A stretch of 63,715 nucleotides of DNA, filler included, from Octopus bimaculoides (lineage: Eukaryota), in assembly GCF_001194135.2 (NCBI RefSeq). It is 7 parts of 7 records of this genome, joined end to end, with 100 filler letters (N's around TTAATTAATTAA, not from the genome) between each part and the next. Parts side by side here need not be neighbours in the genome. Positions count along the whole stretch, not along the records: positions 4,347 to 21,576 come from NC_068985.1; positions 21,677 to 32,879 come from NC_068990.1; 5 more parts are not named here. One strand, given 5' to 3'. This document shows positions 11,502-23,399 of the stretch, one piece after another. The notes under the pieces were generated by a model. It saw only the letters and a program-made list of their open reading frames with translations, was not told where the DNA came from and did no database searches. A program made the translations under genes and the position numbers. How positions within the stretch are numbered: position 1 is the first letter of the stretch; every line of letters starts with the position of its first letter.

Positions 11502-14500
11502 GTACATACATGAACTACCAAATTCATCATATTTTGCAAAAGGACATAAACCACATATTTAGTATACAAAGAATAAATAAGTAATGTACTTGGAATATAA
11601 TCAATGTCTGTATTCTTTTCACATTGAATAAACATGAGGGTTCTGGTATTATTTTCTTCTTACTGACTGTATAGTTACCAAATTGACATAATATGAAATC
11701 AAGAAAGTGATGTTGTTGTTAAGAATATATGAAATGTCGAGTCATGTGAACTGACCTTTGAAATGTCTATTATACATGAACAGAAAAAAAAAACTGCCAA
11801 TATTAAATTAAAGATAGTAAAGAATGTTGTACATAAAACATTTTGTTTCTTGTATAATATAGCCACAGTTAACACTAAATGTTTTGGATCTGATTGCTTT
11901 GTTAATTCTTAAGTTATACATTTCTTAATATTGCAATATATTTAATGTTCAACAATTTTAGTAATTCTAAGTTTTGATTGATATTGTTTTTAATATGTTT
12001 TCTATTATATATTTGCTGAATATAAAATGATGCTCCACGTCAAGGAATAACAACTTACGAAATATTACATTTTAACTCGGCAATACATTCTCACAGGATG
12101 TATGTGCAAAAACCCTGCAGAAAAAAGGAACAACTAACACAGCTTTAAATGAAAATACTGGGATCATGGGCTCATTACGTTTTCCGTATATACTCAAATA
12201 TAATATACATAAGTAGATAAATCAGAAAATAGGAGAAAATCATATTTAATTAGCAACAAACGTAGATGAAACAAAATTTCTTTTAATCTCGGAAGCGACA
12301 CTCTCTCGTAGTCGTTGTGACCCTGAATTCAAAAGCAACATCCAAGAATAATTATGTAAACAATTTTCGAGGTATTTAAATGTGTATGTTCTCAAAACGA
12401 AATCATTGAAAATTGCTAGTAAAGATACAACTCTCATAAAACAACTCTGGTGAGGCTTAATTTTATTCTATGATATAAGCCACACTGGCATGATTGAATT
12501 GATATGTAATTGATATTTTAACGTAGATGCATTTGTATACAGAATAAACTGGAGTAGTATGATTTTTAGTTCTTGATATTTCGGTGATGAGAGGGAACTT
12601 AGTTGCCACTTCAGAATTTTTTATCGCATACATTTAAGTAATGTTTTTGTGATAATGACTGCTAATCTAATTACAATCCACGTTAATTATAATATTACCA
12701 CTATTAACAAATATATTAATAACAGCAATATCGTCATCATATTTAATACTATAATATTTACCAATTATAACCCATTTTACACACACGTATTGTATCTAAG
12801 TGTGCAATACTTATAGTAATGCTGAGAACCATAACACGTTATTTATTATTTAGACAAAAGGTTATAAGTTTGCTTATAATATTGGCCTCTATTGCAGGCA
12901 CAAGGACTGGAATTCGGTGAAATATGAGTATCTTATTTTATCGAGCCCAGAAGGAATGAAAGCACATTTGTTTAAGCAGATTTGAAACACAAAATATAAC
13001 GAGGCAGACGTTTCACGTAGACAACGCCATCTAGTTAATTTCGCTAAATTAGAAAATATATTCTTTTATCATTCTTTATAGTGTTGCTTGCAGAGTAAAT
13101 TTGAATTATAGGAATTACCACAAGCATTTATATGTTCAAGTATTCTTAGTAGTGTCCTGAAGATATACGTTGTGAGTGTTAAGGGAAATATTGCAGGTGA
13201 TCCTAATTAGTTTTACAGCAAACAGAAAAGTTAGCATGGGATCCAGTAGATTTTTGAAAGAATTGAAGTGTGATTCCGTCCCTTTCAAGTGGCCAATATC
13301 ATTTTGCGCATACATGCAGAAGGTAAACGCCTCAGAGAATGGCAAATACACATACTCTAGTTGAATTTTAGGCACCCTAACTGAAGCTTTTATAGAATAG
13401 CCTAGAACGCGAGTTATATAGTTAACAAGGATGAAAATCATCTGGCTAAGCAATTAAAAGTTTGAGACCGTATACAACACGTCAATGCAAATCACATATA
13501 CCATTGCAGAAATGCAAGGAAATCTTTATCCAAAACACTAAGAATCGACTAATAATTTCTAAGGGAAATGAAGTAAGAATGTTACAGAAAAAGACTTCAA
13601 ATGAATTCCATGCAACAAAAGTGTTACGATTATCTGCTTTAAGTTTTCGCCACAAAACAAATTGATATTTTGTAGGGTTTAATAGGGTGAACTTTCATTG
13701 ATAAATTTATATGAAATTGCTCGTCAAACTGCAGAAATAGTTCTACAAATTGCAACTACAAAAATTCCGTAATTTAAAATAACTTATTTTGGGCTATCCT
13801 TAAAATTTCGTGTGGCAAAAATAGTAAACATCCACCTCTTATATTTTAGAAATTCTCAGAAATTGAGAGGTGATCATGATGTTACTTAGGGAGAGTAAAA
13901 TTGAAGTTATATAATAGGAAATGATACCATTAGAATTAAAAAAAGTTACCTTTTATAGTATTTATCCAATTAAATATCTATGCAACAACAAATACTCACC
14001 TGAAAATAGCTAACATCGTATGTATCAGAATCAATCTACACAAAGACATACGCAGCCAATTCCATCAACCGAGTGAATAGACAATGTCACACCTAAACCA
14101 AGATTACTAAGTACTTCGCATGCAACAGTAATACATGTATCTGTATTTTGCTTTCTGATATGGATGTTTTCCAAAAGAAGTATCCTTATACACTATTCAG
14201 TTTTTTTTAAACCGATGCAATTTCAATGAGAAATGGAATGTCAATTGTCAATCTGGCTTGGAGTCATAAGTATAAAAATGGGTGGAACCGTGGGAAACTT
14301 ATCCTCTTTCCCATTCTCTCATTGCCTTGGTTTCTGTCACTTTCTATCTGTCTCCATTCCCAGATGTATGTTTACGTTTTATTTTTTACTTCCTTATATA
14401 GGTGTTCTTCATATACCCATCTTTTTACATATACAGATATACATAAACTTATCTTAATCTACATTTTCTGGGAGGGGTTTCTACCCCTCAAACTTCTTGC

Positions 14501-14830
14501 TGCATTTCCTACATATGTTTATGCTTTTTCGATGGAAATGCTTTTTTATATAAATGTAAATGTTTTCACAAATAAAACTGCACTTCACTTTCGAAGCTCC
14601 GATGAAGCTACAGGGTGATAAACAAGCTCTTAACCATGAGTGCATTGCATCTTAAAGCAGAAACAGTTGTCAGCTAATGAAGTGCATCACATATTTTCTT
14701 ATACCTTTGTCATTTTAATTACTTATATATATATATATATATATATTATTATAAGATCTGGTAATTAGTCATATATTAATATATTAATTAATATCGATTA
14801 ATTATCAGTATATATATATANNNNNNNNNN

Positions 14831-15625
14831 TTATACGGTGCCGGGTTTTACAATCCTGTAAATAATAATAATGGTGTTTATATAAGCTTAAAGATTATGG
14901 TGATCACCGTACAATGACTAAGGAAAATAGTCCAATAAAGAGGAATATAAGCCATTGACAGAAAAAAGAAGGCTTTTCTATTCGCGTGGGACTTGAACAC
15001 ACATCCTTTGTTAACGCGGCTAAGTGCGTTACCTTTACACCAGCGAATTAGCCTCTCTGTTTCTGTCAAATTTAAGAACTATATTAGTTTGTATTTGTTT
15101 ATGTAAACAAACTTTCTATGTGCTTTCTGTGCGAATGTCTTTGTTATACGGTGCCGGGTTTTACAATCCTGTAAATAATAATAATGGTGTTTATATAAGC
15201 CTAAAGCTTATGGTGATCACCGTGCAATGACTAAGGGAAATGATCTAATATATAAATACCATTATTATTATTTACAGGATTATAAATCACGGCACCGTAT
15301 AACAAAACCATTCTCACCGAAAGTACATAGAAAGTTTGTTTACATAAAGCAAATACGAACTAATTTATTTCTTAAATTTGAATGAAACAAGCAGGCTAAT
15401 TCGCTGGTGTAAAGGTAACACACATAGTCACATTAAAAAAGAGTAGTGGGTTCAAGTCTCACGCGGGTAAGAAAGCCTTCTTTTTCTGTCGAAGGCTTAT
15501 ATTAGACTATTAGACTCTTTACTAGACAGTTTTCTTTAGTCATTTCACCGTGATCCTTTAGGCATATATAAATCCCATCATTATTATTTACAGGATTATA
15601 AAACATGGCGACGTATTACAAAACC
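14831..15625. repeat. Tandem plus inverted repeat of a ~313-bp unit containing a tRNA-like Pol III module
   Basis: The unit start TTATACGGTGCCGGG recurs at 14831 and ~15144, and an inverted copy spans ~15250-15625. tRNA-like segments lie at 14980-15048 (-) and 15399-15467 (+), with A-box TGGTGTAAAGG, B-box GTTCAAGTC and a downstream T run. Confidence 0.8.
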
Positions 15626-15637
15626 ATTCGCCCCCCC

Positions 15638-15674
<37 letters not shown>

Positions 15675-18600
15675 ACGTGGTTCGTTCATATATTTATGCA
15701 CTTGTATTTTCTTTTACATTTCTTTCCTACAGCTATTGCAATATATTTCTATTATTCCATTGCGTGCCATTTGAAATGCTTAGCAATGCGTTTGGAAAAT
15801 ATCGTCCCATATTTTGTATATTGTATTCTTGTTCCTTTTGACATAGCGAGACTTTTCAAAATTTGAAGAAATCGCATATTAAATTCTAATATAAAACATT
15901 TTTCAGCTTACNNNNNNNNNNNNNNNNNNNNNNNNNNNNNNNNNNNNNNNNNNNNNNNNNNNNNNNNNNNNNNNNNNNNNNNNNNNNNNNNNNNNNNNNN
16001 NNNNNNNNNNNNNNNNNNNNNNNNNNNNNNNNNNNNNNNNNNNNNNNNNNNNNNNNNNNNNNNNNNNNNNNNNNNNNNNNNNNNNNNNNNNNNNNNNNNN
16101 NNNNNNNNNNNNNNNNNNNNNNNNNNNNNNNNNNNNNNNNNNNNNNNNNNNNNNNNNNNNNNNNNNNNNNNNNNNNNNNNNNNNNNNNNNNNNNNNNNNN
16201 NNNNNNNNNNNNNNNNNNNNNNNNNNNNNNNNNNNNNNNNNNNNNNNNNNNNNNNNNNNNNNNNNNNNNNNNNNNNNNNNNNNNNNNNNNNNNNNNNNNN
16301 NNNNNNNNNNNNNNNNNNNNNNNNNNNNNNNNNNNNNNNNNNNNNNNNNNNNNNNNNNNNNNNNNNNNNNNNNNNNNNNNNNNNNNNNNNNNNNNNNNNN
16401 NNNNNNNNNNNNNNNNNNNNNNNNNNNNNNNNNNNNNNNNNNNNNNNNNNNNNNNNNNNNNNNNNNNNNNNNNNNNNNNNNNNNNNNNNNNNNNNNNNNN
16501 NNNNNNNNNNNNNNNNNNNNNNNNNNNNNNNNNNNNNNNNNNNNNNNNNNNNNNACACACACACACAACTCAATAACTAAATTGTAATAAAATATGATAC
16601 AGAAGTAAACGCGGAACAAGAGAAAATGGAATATTTGATTAGGGATCATACATAGGAATTAAAAATGATGATAATATTAACAAGGTGGCACACATAATGC
16701 CGTACTCTGGATTATTATGATGGTCTTATTAATAATTTCACACATAGTAGTTAATGGCTATGATTTATTGAACTTAGGACAAGGAAATTGACCGATATTC
16801 ACATAACTGTAGGATTGAACGAATGCCAGATGTATACTACAGCACTTGTGTCTGATATATTCTGCAATCATAATTTATGTCTAGACAAACTGACTTAAAT
16901 ATTTTCAATAAAAGGTGTCGTTTCGAAATCATAAAATTCTCGCATATATATCTGAAGTAAATATGCACTTAAACATGTAATGTCTGTTTGCATCTACTAA
17001 ACTTAAATTCAAATCCATGTTTCAAAATACGCAAATATATATATATTTTTATTTGGGTTGTTTTACTTTTGATCCAAAAGTGAACCCTGATTCAAATTTG
17101 TTCCAAAGACTTTCCCGTTTTAACTAGTTTCTTATCCATTGAAAATTTAAGAGGTGTTTGCTTTCTGATAAACAGGTACATTGTATTATGCATTTCCAGT
17201 GCAAGTTCACATCGCTTTATACTAATCTTCTAGCAAGTATGCACATTAATAACAACATATTGCAGTGTTCCTTTAAATGTTGTTGCGCTTTCTTCCTCGG
17301 CACCTTCTGCATCGTCATTTACATAGTACTGCTCAAATCAGCAAGCTATGTCAAATAACCATACCGTCAATGGTCACATAGAAAATCTGTGCGTATATAA
17401 GATATATGCTGATTTCATTTAACGTTTCAGAAAAAATGCAAAGTTGGTAAAAAGCCTAGGTGATGATGGGGTGACGTGGCAATACCTGATGATATTGATA
17501 AAATCATATTACTTGGGCTGCTAGTTATGAATGAGGATATAAAGCTGTCTGAAACGATGAGCATTCAACTTATATGTATTTCATGTGGAGACACCAAACC
17601 AGCTTCACCCTGCAGACAAGATAATAAATGTACCAAAAGATAGACTAGATACATTCTTTAAGAAACGTAGATCGACAATGGTGATCAGCATACAGCTGTA
17701 CCACCGATGTACGCCTGAAAACGGCGGCAAGACACCAGCCGTTAACGTTTGATGACACGAGCTGACTTTTGACAATCTGCGAGTAAGTCTCACGCAACAA
17801 ATCGTTATGCAAGCTTCACTAAAGAGTCAACAAACGATCGTTACGGTAGCTCTGAGAATATGTGATGTAAATTACAGCAATAGTGACAGTAACATGGTTG
17901 CCATTGTTCTTGTAAAAGGTCCTAAAGAGAGTGGGTTGGATAAAGTCAAATGATATGAGACTGATACACTTTCAGCAATAAAAGAGTTTACAGAATCTTT
18001 GGATGTGATATCCACCAATGCTACTCAATAGTGGTTGGTATGGTTCTGTATCCGGGGAATGGGCGAACAAAGTAAAGCTCATCATTTGGCATAATCTCTG
18101 CTTGACACTAAACTCACTTACAATTTCTGCTAGAAAATTGAATTTATTGTGACTTCGTGTATCGCCTTCTCACAGGGGAAACGACTAAATTCAGTTGTCC
18201 AGTACATCAGTGAAACACAGCAGGAAACAAATTATCACATTACTCCTAATATCTCCTACAGATATCGTCCGAAACAGATCTGTGAAGGAGAAAACAACAG
18301 AAATCTACTGTATTTGAGACCTGTAAAAAAATCAATAGAAAGTGTCACTACTAAGAATCAGGTTGTAAATGATCTAACCAGCTTTCAGAACTGTCTTGGA
18401 CCAATAAAAATCACTTACAAGATTCTGTTGCCAGAGTTTAAAGCATGAGTTACGCTGCTTTGTGATCGAGATTCTCTAATTTTTTGCAATGTCACAAGAT
18501 TTGCTATAAAATATAATTGACTGTATTCTCTTGAAGTAACAATAGCGTCTGGAAAAATTCTATGTGACAGTTACGTTATTACTAGAATACTACTGAAATC

Positions 18601-19017
18601 AACTAGTTTGCGATTCTACTTTCAAATATTTCGAACCTTCCATAAAAAAAGTTTACTATAACCATTAGTAAATATCAAACTTAAAACGAATTTAGCAAAT
18701 CTAGCGTTTCCACTTGGTTAGATTTGCGTAGATACTTCAACAGCTGGGAAACTTCATTCATTTTTATCTAAGTACCAGACTGCAAAATTAGCATTATTGT
18801 TAGTTTCGTAGTCTTCAGAAAGGCGAGGTGAACAAGTATAATTTGATATAAAATTTCATTTAACTGCAATATACAGAGGTCCTAATTACTTAGTTATATT
18901 GTTTGTAATACATGCGGAATTATTGCATTGTTTGTCAATAAATTAGCCAGGATTCACTTATTTCCTCGCCTGTCGATATGTAATCTACAAACCAATTAAA
19001 GCTAATATCCCGGGCAC

Positions 19018-19101
19018 ATATAAGAAGCAAGGTCAAACATAAGAAGCAAAGGCAAATATAAGAAGCAAGGTCAGATATAAGAAGCAAGAGTAGATTATAA
19101 G
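19018..19101. repeat. ~19-bp tandem repeat, 4 copies (ATAAGAAGCAAGGTCAAAC consensus)
   Basis: Directly visible. Confidence 0.9.
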
Positions 19102-19319
19102 TTCGCTCCAGCTCACAACATATAGGAAAATAAGTGACAGTCTGTCACTGATATTCCAGCAAGCAAAATAGCTAGCTAGAAAATCTCTATAAGAGATGAA
19201 ATTAATAGCTATACTGAGAAGTAATATTTATCGACTAATAGCCGTTCCGTAGGAACCGACGTTTTTACAGTTTTTAACCCCAGGAGGAGCGAACTACTGA
19301 TATCTCTTGCGGACAGACG

Positions 19320-19367
19320 CCACCACTGAGGATGAGCACAACGAACTCGAAACCTGGCGGACTGGTG
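19320..19367 (+). ncRNA. Type I hammerhead-like motif with a U16.1A substitution
   Basis: CCACCA-CTGAGGA-T-GAG(cacaacgaa)CTC-GAAA-CC(tggc)GG-AC-TGGTGG. Stems I, II and III all pair, but the cleavage triplet reads GAC rather than GUC. Confidence 0.55.
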
Positions 19368-19526
19368 GTCTCATCGTCGTCACTAGAAGATGGTAGGTGT
19401 TTGCTCTCTTGCAACATTTATCGGGTTTCTAAGGAACAGCCATGTTGTAGTGGCGATAAACATTACTTCTCAGTTATAGTTACTACTTTCATCTCTTATA
19501 GATAGTTTCCAAGTAGCTACTTTGCC

Positions 19527-19587
<61 letters not shown>

Positions 19588-19639
19588 TTTATTTTTTTAT
19601 TATTATTATTGTTGTTGTTGTTGTTGTTATTATTATTGA

Positions 19640-20165
19640 GTGAGTGAGAGAGCAGTGCATGTCACCAACGTGACACTGGGGTAAAATATACACAGTCCAG
19701 AGTACCCATCATGACTACCTGTCTGATAAGGGTACACCAGACACATGCATCACAACCATATGTGCGCAACATAGTGATCTCGTATCATGATAAACAGCGC
19801 AAGGTGGGTCCCAGTTTAAAATTTCTTGACGTCAAGTAGCCCAACCTGATCAAAAGGTCCCTGAATAAGGGTTGTTTAATGATGTTGAACGGAACACCCA
19901 TGTTTCCAAAGGTGAATTGTCCAAACCCAAAGAGTTACTCTCAACACATGGCTATTATATTTCTGTCAGGGATCAGAGATGCACGTATCGTCAGCCACCA
20001 AGGGACATACTCAACTGGTTGAGGTCAAACAACTGACAAGCAAATCTGTAGTATTGAACAGAATATTTGCTGTAGCCCATGTTTTATACCAAGACAAAAC
20101 AATGTACATGATAACACTTCCAATCCGTTAAGATCAGAAGCTATGAGAGTCACTGCCTGGTACTG
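19640..20165 (-). mobile_element. ~525-bp non-coding interspersed element embedded in (TAA)n
   Basis: Complex sequence with sharp boundaries against (TTA)n arrays at 19528-19638 and 20166-20270. No ORF. The strand is inferred from the TAA orientation. Confidence 0.55.
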
Positions 20166-20197
20166 CATCATCATCATTATTATTATTAATATTATTA

Positions 20198-20264
<67 letters not shown>

Positions 20265-20303
20265 CATTATTGTTGTTGTTGTTGTTGGTGGTGGTGTTGT
20301 TGT

Positions 20304-21439
20304 TATTCAGTAGTTTTATTTTTATAGCGTGCTTTTACTTCACTACCGAACGCAGCTCTATGTGCCTTGGGCATGTGCTGTGGTTTGCTGTGATGCTCTT
20401 ATGGTTATTCTGTTGAAAGTGTTTTGCGTAAGATGTGTGCAGTGCTCGGTAGTGTATGTTATATATACTTGTAAGTCCTGGTGTTTTTGTTATGTATTCG
20501 TCTGAATATTTTTTTATCATACCTAATGCGCCTACTATGATAGGAATTGTTTCTGTTTTTAGATTTCACATTCGAGTTACCTCTATTTCCAGGTCTTTGT
20601 ATTTTGAAAGTTTCTCCTTTTCTTTTAGAGAAACGTTGTCATCTGCTGGTATTGATACATCAATTGAAAGCATTTTTCTCTTCGTGATCTCTGACAACTA
20701 TATCAGGCCTATTGGTCTAGCGTGTGCCTAGACCATCTTTTTGCATTTGTTATTCCATAGTGTTGGCATAGCTTCCAGTGTATGTCGGTCTCAGCTCTGT
20801 CGTGTCTGTGAATATATTCCTTCTTAGCCAGGACTGGGCAGCCAGAGATAATATGATTTATTGTTTGTTGTCCATCACCACATGTTCTGCAGTTACTTGC
20901 AGAAACGTTAGTACGCCGGGCGAAATGCATAGCGGTATTTCGCCTGCCGTTACGTTCTCAGTTCAAATTCCGCCGAGATCGACTTTGCCTTTCATCCTTT
21001 CGGGGTCGTTAAATTAAGTACTAGTTACGCACTGGAGTCGATATAATCGACTTCATCCCTTTGTCTGTCCTTGTTTGTCCCCTCTATGTTTAGCTCCTTG
21101 TGGGCAATAAAGAAATAAGTTACTTGTTATGTTTCTTTTCCTTATATATTTTTGGTAATTTCTGGTGGGGCAGGCTTTGGTCTTGTGCAGCAATTAAAAA
21201 TCTTTCAATCTCTGCTTAGAGTCCTGGGAATTTTCTCTGTCTATTTCTTTTGCATTTAGTTTAGCCCAGTATTTGCCACGTAGGGGCTTTTCTTGCCATC
21301 GTTCTATCATGGTCCGTTGTTGTTCTAGTTTTAGTTTCGATTTCATTTGTTTTATAGCTTCTTCTTCTTCTTCTTCTTCTTCTTCTTCTTCTTCTTCTTC
21401 TTCTTTGTTAGGTAGTATGATTTGTTGTTAGTATTTGTC

Positions 21440-21440
<1 letters not shown>
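20304..21440 (-). mobile_element. 5'-truncated Dong/R4-clade LINE flanked by (TAA)n and interrupted by a SINE
   Basis: The minus frame gives WQEKPLRGKY...CRTCGDGQQTINHIISGCPVLAKKEYIHRHD...IHWKLC (CCHC finger plus RHD). (TTA)n arrays lie on both sides. Confidence 0.85.
20900..21117 (+). mobile_element. 5'-truncated main-family SINE with a 9-bp TSD
   Basis: AGTTACTTG at 20891-20899 and 21118-21126. Removing the SINE and one TSD copy restores the Dong frame RNITSNCRTC. Confidence 0.9.
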
Positions 21441-21528
<88 letters not shown>

Positions 21529-21676
21529 CATAATAATAATAATAATAATAATAATTGTTATTATTATTATTATTCANNNNNNNNNNNNNNNNNNNNNNNN
21601 NNNNNNNNNNNNNNNNNNNNTTAATTAATTAANNNNNNNNNNNNNNNNNNNNNNNNNNNNNNNNNNNNNNNNNNNN

Positions 21677-21714
<38 letters not shown>

Positions 21715-22570
21715 CATTTATATACTATTTTGGTATATTCTACTGACGAGGACAAAGTAATTGTTATATTGCTAAGCCAGAAATCGTTCGATCTAGAATT
21801 AACTTCCAAATAAAATTTGCTAAATCTTTTTTATTTATCACCTCGCTTTGAGCCTGTGTTAATGGAGTGTTTCATGTGGCTTTAAAGTCGTTTGACGTCT
21901 ACTTCTAGCATGTTGGTGCTGTTTCTCACTACCCTTAATTATAATTATATCTATTTAATTATATATCTATATCTGTATATATTTACTCACATAAGTACAT
22001 ATATACATTTACGTGCATACATATTTATATACATATACCTATGTGTGTGTGTGTATGTCAGGTCGCTCTTGTTACCAGATCGACCTGATGTACACACACA
22101 CACATAGATATATGTATATAAATAAGTGTGCACGTAAATGTATATATATGCATATATGAGTAAATATATATGACCCAGTACAACCTGTTGCATGGTCGAG
22201 TCATCGGCGACTAAACCGGCAACCCCACCAAGCTTACGTGATGAGGAGGGTGACTGTTGGACACTCTGCGGGATAAAAAACAAGGCCCGTCAAAGGGCGG
22301 AAGAACTCAGAAGAGTCAATGGCTATCCAATAAAGTATGTAAAGTTGTGTGGGTGTATTTTATGTTGTGTTTATATGTGTGTGTATTCTTGTGTGTATTT
22401 CTATTATGAATTTTTATATTTTTATTTGTATTATATATATATATTTATATTTTTTATCTTGTTCAGTGTATATGATGGTGTATATTCATTATTACTAACT
22501 TTGTGGCAGTTAATGTGTGTCTGTGTGTGTCAATGTCAGAGCATGTAAAAACCCTATGACGAGCGGATAG

Positions 22571-23397
22571 TAGCTCTGGATCTTTTTTAAAACGGGGGCC
22601 ACAGTATTTTCTTAACGAAACACTTTGAAACTTGGAACACTGGTAGAATGTGTCATATAAAACATCTTTTTCTCTTAGTCTTCTTAAAAAAAAAAAAGAA
22701 ATCCCTAAGTTATTCCATGTTAAAGTTGTCGTATTTCTGTAATTTCAACCAATCACTGACGTCCATTCAGCCGATATACATTAAGTGCCGACTACATAAA
22801 CAAACGATTCTGAAACAATTCTATCGGTGATAAAATTATTATTTCCTTGTCAAAAAATGGCTGAAGCATATTGGCAGTAGCTAATAAACCTTTCTATTAT
22901 AGGCTAACCCTTACCCTAACCCTAACCCTAACCCTAGGGTTAGGGTTAGGGTAAAACAGCAANNNNNNNNNNNNNNNNNNNNNNNNNNNNNNNNNNNNNN
23001 NNNNNNNNNNNNNNNNNNNNNNNNNNNNNNNNNNNNNNNNNNNNNNAAAACGAAGCAAAAAAAAAGAAAATGAAAAAAGCAAATTTAAAATGAAAAAAAA
23101 GCAAATTTAACGAAGGAAAACGAACACTGTCAGAAGTTATGGAGATTAAATACGCTTTACACCGCTTAATCAGCCAAAGGAGTAAATGTAAACAACTGAA
23201 TACTTGTCAGTGATTGGTTGAAATTATCGAAATAAGACAATTTTTTACATGAAATAAATTCGAATACAAAAATATTTTTCTGTTCTATAACACAAAATAG
23301 ATAAGTATACGAAGTTTGAAAGTCTTTCGGTACCAAAAACACTACGTAAAACATTAATGAAAACTGTGGCCCCCGTTTTAAAATAGATCCGTAGCTC
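22571..23397. mobile_element. Foldback-type non-autonomous DNA element with long imperfect TIRs
   Basis: GGATCT(T/A)TTTTAAAACGGGGGCCACAGT and AATTTCAACCAATCACTGAC are present in inverted orientation at both ends. No TSD was found. Confidence 0.75.
22904..22953. repeat. Inverted junction of telomeric repeats, (CCCTAA)n then (TTAGGG)n
   Basis: CTAACCC TTACCC TAACCC TAACCC TAACCC TAGGGT TAGGGT TAGGGT, centred on CCCTAGGG at 22932-22939. Confidence 0.9.
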
Positions 23398-23399
23398 TT

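Noticed and set aside
14595-14632. CCGATGA...GATAAAC hammerhead-like string
   Set aside because: The core has U4C, the GAAA is interrupted, stem II is weak and there is no proper stem I.
17600-18450. Candidate exons or ORFs near 17612-17782 and 18149-18448
   Set aside because: Splice-like signals exist on both strands, but the frames hit stops or give unrecognised peptides.
21743-21770. CTGACGAGGAC possible hammerhead core
   Set aside because: No complementary stem II or GAAA follows.
22192-22548. 118-aa ORF
   Set aside because: The first half looks like a repeat tail and the second half is microsatellite-like low complexity.
22904-22953. Ancient chromosome end-to-end fusion site
   Set aside because: The repeat order is opposite to a fusion scar, there are very few units, and they lie inside transposon-like TIRs.
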